DNA of 63,921 nucleotides, counting the filler, from Asterionella formosa (Eukaryota), in assembly GCA_002256025.1 (NCBI GenBank). It is 20 parts of 20 records of this genome, joined end to end, with 100 filler letters (N's around TTAATTAATTAA, not from the genome) between each part and the next. Parts side by side here need not be neighbours in the genome. Positions count along the whole stretch, not along the records: positions 42,728 to 62,587 come from NKIB01003505.1; positions 62,688 to 63,921 come from NKIB01003506.1; 18 more parts are not named here. One strand, 5' to 3'. The position numbers and the translations under genes are program-made. The notes beneath the pieces were generated by a model. That model was given only the letters and a program-made list of their open reading frames with translations, did not search any database and was not told the origin of the DNA. Positions 58,073-63,921 of the stretch are shown piece after piece (the first letter of the stretch is position 1; the number at the start of each line of letters is the position of its first letter).

Positions 58073-59110
58073 CTACTTCATTCGTTTTTCCATGTAGTCC
58101 AGGAGAAAAGCAACTGTATTTTCGGCGGTCGGATCACAAAACAAGTCATGATAGCCCCCCTCTACGCGCAAAACAACTTTTTCTTCCTTCGCTGTCTTTG
58201 AATTAGCCTCCAAAAAATCAGTGCTAGCAAGAAGCACAGCATGATCTTCGGTCCCGTGGATAGCACAAAATGATGATGACAAGTTGGGAATTGTAACAGT
58301 TCGAACTGCTTCTGTTGCATTCAGCAACTGAACCGCAGTTCCTAATAAGAAGGGATTCCCCGTAGCGTCAATATCCATCTCCAACTGCCTTGGTTCTGTA
58401 AACTTAGCTAAGACCTTGGGATCTTTCCAGATGCGATCCGAGCTGATTGGGTTGGGCATGAAGAAAGGAACCCACTTGGGGAAACAAGGAGCTAAGATGT
58501 ACCGAAGAACGAATACGACCGGAGCTGGAGGTAGGTCTGCAATCACGGCGGGTGCAGTCAAGACCAATCCTTTGAATCCCTTGGGTGCACTGCCCTCCTC
58601 TTCCCACTTGCGAGCCAAATGAAGACAGAGACACCCTCCATAGGACTCACCAGACACGAACAAGGGCAAGCTTTCTTCGTGTTCACTGACAGCAAAACGA
58701 GCGAATTTGTCAAGATCATCTCGGTTCGTTTGCCATGTCGGAACAAAGAAACGATGTCCCTCCGAGTATCCATGTCCAAGCATATCGAGTGCGTAGACGG
58801 CAATGCCCTTTTTGTTGAATGCCTCCGCTCTGAGCGACATGCCCAGCTTCTTGCCATCGACAATAAGGGCATGACCTGAGTGCGATTGAATTCCATGCAT
58901 AAAAACAGCAATGCCATTGAGCTTTCCTTTCGGAAGAAACTTGCGGTAGTGTAACTTGAATGGCTTGATGGTAGACTCAATGAACCCGTGTTGACATCCT
59001 TCCATTGGAGCCTCAAGCTCGGCAAGCTCCGCGTCCGTGGGAAAGTCTTTCCTTTCAATTGACAGGTTTACAGTGGTACCCCACAGATTGTATTCATTCG
59101 TGACCGTCAT
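58073..59110 (-). CDS. Monoacylglycerol lipase-like alpha/beta hydrolase (Hydrolase_4)
   Basis: FMHG, DMLGHGYSEG, GESYGG nucleophile, HGTED, GGYHDL. Confidence 0.92.
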   Translation of the reverse strand: MTVTNEYNLWGTTVNLSIERKDFPTDAELAELEAPMEGCQHGFIESTIKPFKLHYRKFLPKGKLNGIAVFMHGIQSHSGHALIVDGKKLGMSLRAEAFNKKGIAVYALDMLGHGYSEGHRFFVPTWQTNRDDLDKFARFAVSEHEESLPLFVSGESYGGCLCLHLARKWEEEGSAPKGFKGLVLTAPAVIADLPPAPVVFVLRYILAPCFPKWVPFFMPNPISSDRIWKDPKVLAKFTEPRQLEMDIDATGNPFLLGTAVQLLNATEAVRTVTIPNLSSSFCAIHGTEDHAVLLASTDFLEANSKTAKEEKVVLRVEGGYHDLFCDPTAENTVAFLLDYMEKRMK

Positions 59111-60440
59111 ACTATAGGTTGTGCTTCACTGTCTGTTGACAACGTTTGATATTTGCGGATCTTGAATTGTCGTTCTATATACTTTACATGCGGTATTCAT
59201 GATTGTGAGGAATAAATTTTCGCCATCACATCTCTTGTGATCCTCAACTCTTCAGAATTGCCGTACCGGTACCTGGTACCGTATCTGATAGTGGTACAAT
59301 AGACAAGTATGCATGGCGGGTACAAGGCCTACCTACAGCCAGCCATACAAATGTGACGGATCGGATACCCGGATGGAGACCGAACCCTCAGCACTGATTG
59401 ACTTAGAGAATCGACCATTATTCTTCATTATGGCTACTTATTTTATATAATTAACATCCTTTTTATGGCGTCTTAAAAACTATCCTACTGGAATAGAATA
59501 ATTAGCATGGCACCCCTTGGCAGCAGTTTCAGCAAGGATCAATACTCCTTCCTTGGGTGACCTTGAGAATTTTTGAAGCAATGGAAAAAATAGTTCTAAT
59601 TAAAGAGGAAGTGACAACACTCAGACACTGTTGTTTTCATTATCGAACTTCTGATGTCATCAGGTGTTGACATCAAAAAGAATGGAAACATTCTCAATTC
59701 TTTGCGAGCCAACAAGAGTTGATAGAAGAAAATGGCCATTCTTGTTGACTGGAATTTGTAACATATTACTTGACAATGAAATCATCAATCTTCTGACATG
59801 CTGCTAAGAGCAGCATGATGATTCCATGGAATCATTGTCTGTAGGAAAGATGGCCAAGCAACATGTTGATTGAATGATTTGAATGAATTGTTGATCATGA
59901 TTGAGATTTGTGGGACAATAAGGAAATATAATAAAAATGGAAGTGCAAAGTTCCCTTACTCAAAAATGTAACTTTGTTGTAAATCAAAGTTAATTAAATT
60001 AACAATTCACATGAGTCACAATATAAATGAACTAACTACAGTAATACCGGTATTCGGTTACCGAGCACTACCGGTACCGTGCAGTACAGCAGAATGATGA
60101 TACTGCTTACCGGTATTACTACCAGTACCGGTAATTTATATGACACACTCTCAAAAGAGATAAAAAGACGAAGAGATTGAACGCAATTCTTCATCATTCT
60201 TTGCTCTGAGCGATGCAGCTCATCCTTCTTTGCATTTTGACTCGTGGCTTTTTTCTAGGGGTAGGCTTCCTTTTGAAACTCAACATTTTGACGTTCTCAA
60301 AGACCGTCAAAAATTCTGTTCTGCCTAAATCGCTCTAGACGAAACACAACAACGATAAGTGACCAACGAAATTGGAGGCGCTTGTCGACTCACTGATCGG
60401 TCCTTTGCTATATAGTTCTCCTTACCTTCATAATATTTCG

Positions 60441-62084
60441 ATGGGAAACAAACCGTTCAAGGTCGGGATCCGCTTGGACCAATCGGAGTATGAATCTGGA
60501 TCCGAATTGACAGGAAGAGTCTATCTTTCCGTGTCAGGCAGCGACGACCGTGCCGCTAATGGCATCCACTTGACGCTCATGGGCGAAGAATACGCTGAAA
60601 TTGTTCGTCACGACGACCAAAATCATTCATCGTCGCGACAAAATTCTAGGTCTGTGGAAAGATCAGCGCGTCATTTAGTCCATCTGGAGGTCCCGCTGAC
60701 AACGTTCCCATCCGACAGGATCCCGCCTGGTCAATATGAGTATCCCTTTCAGTGGATCTTACCAGCAAAATTGCCCAGCTCTATGCAATGTCGGAACGGT
60801 GAATCATTTTGCGAGATTCGATACACAGTAACTGCCTTCCTGACTCAGTGTGACGTTCGAAGTGGGTCATCTCCGGATTTTTCGGCGACTCAAAGCCTGT
60901 CAATTATGGATCGCGGGTCGGGGCCTCTTGACAAACCGACCAGCATCATAATGGAACCTGAAATTGTTCCGATTAAAAATTGCTGTTGTTACAGCCAGGG
61001 ATCCATGAGTTTGGGCTTTGATGCATCCACGACGGTTGCAGCGCCAAATTCAATTGTAGACATTGGAATTACTGGCAATAATATGTCTATTGTTCAAGTC
61101 GAGCATCTCAAGGCCGAGTGGACGGAGACAGTGACTTGGACAGCACATAACCGCACTGAGACCGTGAGGAGAATATTGTCGGGAACTAAGATTGTAGCCG
61201 GTCCGGCTTGGAATCCCATGGATCCAAATATCTTGAAACGTGATCGGAGTTATTGGAACAGACCAAGCTATCAAACCGTTGCGGAAACAATCAGTCGAGT
61301 TCAAGGACAGCTGATATTGGCGCGAGATGCTCGAGATACATATCGAGGAAGCTTGATTGAAGTTAGGCATTCTCTTGTTGTAACTGCAGTGACACCTGGA
61401 GCATGTTGCATCACATCCCCAGAATCTAGCATTTTGGTTCGAGTTGAACGAAAAGAACCACTTCAGTGCCCAATGGTTGCGGCCACATCAAGCATCGCTT
61501 CCACTGAAAATGTTTATTCGGCATATGGGTGTCACATCGATCCTCCCATGGCAATTGCTGAAATATTGCCAGATAATTGGTCACCCCAAGAAGCAGAAGT
61601 ACTTGTTATTTCAATGACCTCGGCAGCAATTTTTCCTACAAACAGCAACACACGACCTTAGGCACCATATGCTCCAGACGAGTCCCTTCTGAAAGCCTCA
61701 CAGGTCAGTGCAACCGCAATCGGGGAGCTTCGAAGCGCCCTTGGCGCCTCTTCAAATCCAGCGAGAACACTAGAAGACCGTTTTGCCGACCCCATTATTT
61801 TTACTGCTATTCAGAGTCTATCTCCCCGTGAATTTGTCGAGTTAATTGGATCGGTGAATACAGACCACGCTGATGTTGCCAGGAGAGTTGCTCAAGTCAT
61901 GCAACCTCATTTTCAATGCCGGCACATTTTGGCTGCATTGTGGGGTCTCCCTCCGCATGTTCGCATCGAGGTGTTGACAAATGTTTCACCACTGGCTATT
62001 GACTTGGAGCAGCAACGAGAAATGATAGAGCGAGAGCTAGATAGCAATGAGTTACAACGCTTCAAGGCTGCTCTGAAAACTTGA
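60441..62084 (+). CDS. Arrestin-domain (alpha-arrestin-like) protein with an in-frame TAG at 61659-61661
   Basis: YESGSELTGRVYL, GQYEYPFQWILPAKLPSS, CEIRY, TYRGSLIEVRHSL. The same frame stays open for 140 more codons after the TAG. Confidence 0.8.
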
Positions 62085-63921
62085 ATTTATGAAACTCAAT
62101 GACTGCAAATTTGACCACTGAATGGCGCCGATTTCTTTTATTTCTAAACACATTTTATAAATCATAAATATTGTTCTCAAACTACTGGTCTGTTATTAGT
62201 TAGTGTGGAGATAAAGGAGCCTAATGACAACTTTGCAAGTTACCAGTAGTATAATTCAATCATGACATACTGTAAAATTGTTTATATACTCGGTATATTA
62301 GCTATACTTTTTCCAGTAGATACCTGGTAATATATTTGTAAATGTATTACCAGTATTTATGCGGGGACAAGAACGCGCAGGTCCAAAAGAGAACGGTACC
62401 TGGTATACATACCGGCACTATATAGAATTGATCGATGGAGCTAGAAAACCATTCCAAACATCGATTGCGAGACGACCAATTCGAACCAACTGTACTACAG
62501 GTGTACGAACATACTTCTGTAAGTCGACCGAATGTCCGGAGTCGTGATCGAGCATTGCTGCAGCAATAGCTCAGGTCGGCTTCTTAANNNNNNNNNNNNN
62601 NNNNNNNNNNNNNNNNNNNNNNNNNNNNNNNTTAATTAATTAANNNNNNNNNNNNNNNNNNNNNNNNNNNNNNNNNNNNNNNNNNNNAGTATGTACTGTG
62701 TGGGAAAATTGGGATGGAAACGGTCTGTCTGGATCGAATTTGGATGCATGGACATTGTCAAAAGCCATAACTCAATTTAATGATGCTGTTGGGTGGATTT
62801 TGGTCATTTTGGTCTATCACCATGAGTTTTTCTTATTCTTGTGATTCTTTCATCTGTTTGTTGTCCATGATGTACTGTGTAGCTGCGGTGGCGCTGTAAA
62901 AGAATTTGATGTTGCAGTTATAAATATACATCGCCCTCCATGGTGAGAGAGGGTGCTTCTTACCAGTGCTAGTACCTTTCCATAAAATAAAATAGGCAAT
63001 GATGGTCAATGATGGTATAAAAGAAGGTAGATTTTGTTAATTTAAAAATCCAAATGCAAGCAAGATCATTAGTTTCATCTTGAATCTTTCGACAAACTAC
63101 AACAACTTCTTGACATTGCCATGAGAGTTCATCGATTCTGTGATCCAGTTTGTTGGTTGGCAAAACGAAGCCCACATGTTTTTCTCGAATTGCAACATTG
63201 ATTCCAGGAATTGGGCACAGTGTTGTGAAAAACAAAGAGTGAAAAATCTGCTATTACTATAGTTGGGCACTGTTCAAAGATTATATGTAGGAATAGATCA
63301 ACAATATATATGTAGTTGACTGCATGATTGGTGTTGTATTTGAAAGCAAAAGTGACAATATTAGGATACCTTTCTTCATCTAGAAAACCCCGTGTTGTGC
63401 TTTACTGTCCCTTCCAACAAGTTGCAGTTTTTAATGCTCATCATGCATCATACTATACAGAGAAAGTCTTCAAATCAATGCCTGATAATGTCTGTTTCAA
63501 ATCAGCGAAACTTGACACAATTCAGTGAAATACATTTGATGCTACTAGCTATTCAAAGTCAGGAGAAGTCAGCAAGTTTTGCTGATTTATCCAAACTCAA
63601 AATCGTTATGCTATTCTGGCCAAAATTATCGAAACAACTAATAATAAAAAGTTCTATAGGTCTTAGAATTTGCATTCATGAGACCAAATAGCTACATATA
63701 TACATACAATATTTTTCTATTAAATATTTATGCCATGAGTTATTTTTCACCTTTTTCTTATATCATGTGTAATTGCAAATTTTAAAAACACACACACACT
63801 CACAAATTTTTAATATGATTTTCTAGTGATGGCGGCTGTGGACAGATGGAATGAGTACTCCCTGGTACTAAACCAAGGTAGACCACCATGGCTGACTCCT
63901 CATAAATTCTCACCCCTCTAT

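Noticed and set aside
43344..62084. Bacterial operon or contaminant (UbiG, MsrB, M20, FMN reductase, DUF3172)
   Set aside because: Mixed orientations, long intergenic regions, organellar presequences, a spliceosomal intron and a flanking copia LTR all indicate nuclear genes. No shared pathway is evident.

Overview
Eukaryotic nuclear DNA, most likely from a diatom. The evidence is short GT-AG introns, APC4/SMU1/bHLH genes, signal-peptide-led plastid-type proteins and diatom-style Ty1/copia (CoDi-like) elements. The window is not contiguous: it is 20 contigs joined by artificial 100-bp linkers (44 N + TTAATTAATTAA + 44 N). Two gene-rich contigs of about 19.9 kb (4015-23920 and 42728-62587) carry about 15 host genes: an M6 protease-like protein, APC4, SMU1, a class 3 lipase, a bHLH factor, COQ3, MsrB, DUF3172, a YccV-TPR protein, an M20 amidohydrolase, an FMN reductase, a MAG lipase, an arrestin-like protein and two hypothetical proteins. 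The 18 contigs of about 1.24 kb are mostly transposon fragments (copia RT/RNase H/LTRs, pogo-like, Harbinger, Crypton-like, DIRS-like gag) and satellites. Most notable observations: (1) dense nested TA-CCGG-TA / TA-CCWGG-TA arrays just upstream of most genes, resembling accumulated transposon excision footprints, with one direct in-window insertion polymorphism and a probable in-frame example inside an RT; (2) a phase-compatible intron that would remove the gag stop codon of a copia-like element; (3) a Kolobok-type transposon with a KolX/P2X7-ballast-like accessory gene and a TTAA-flanked end; (4) an intact M6 protease ORF that has lost two zinc ligands. All family assignments come from motif recognition by eye, not database searches.
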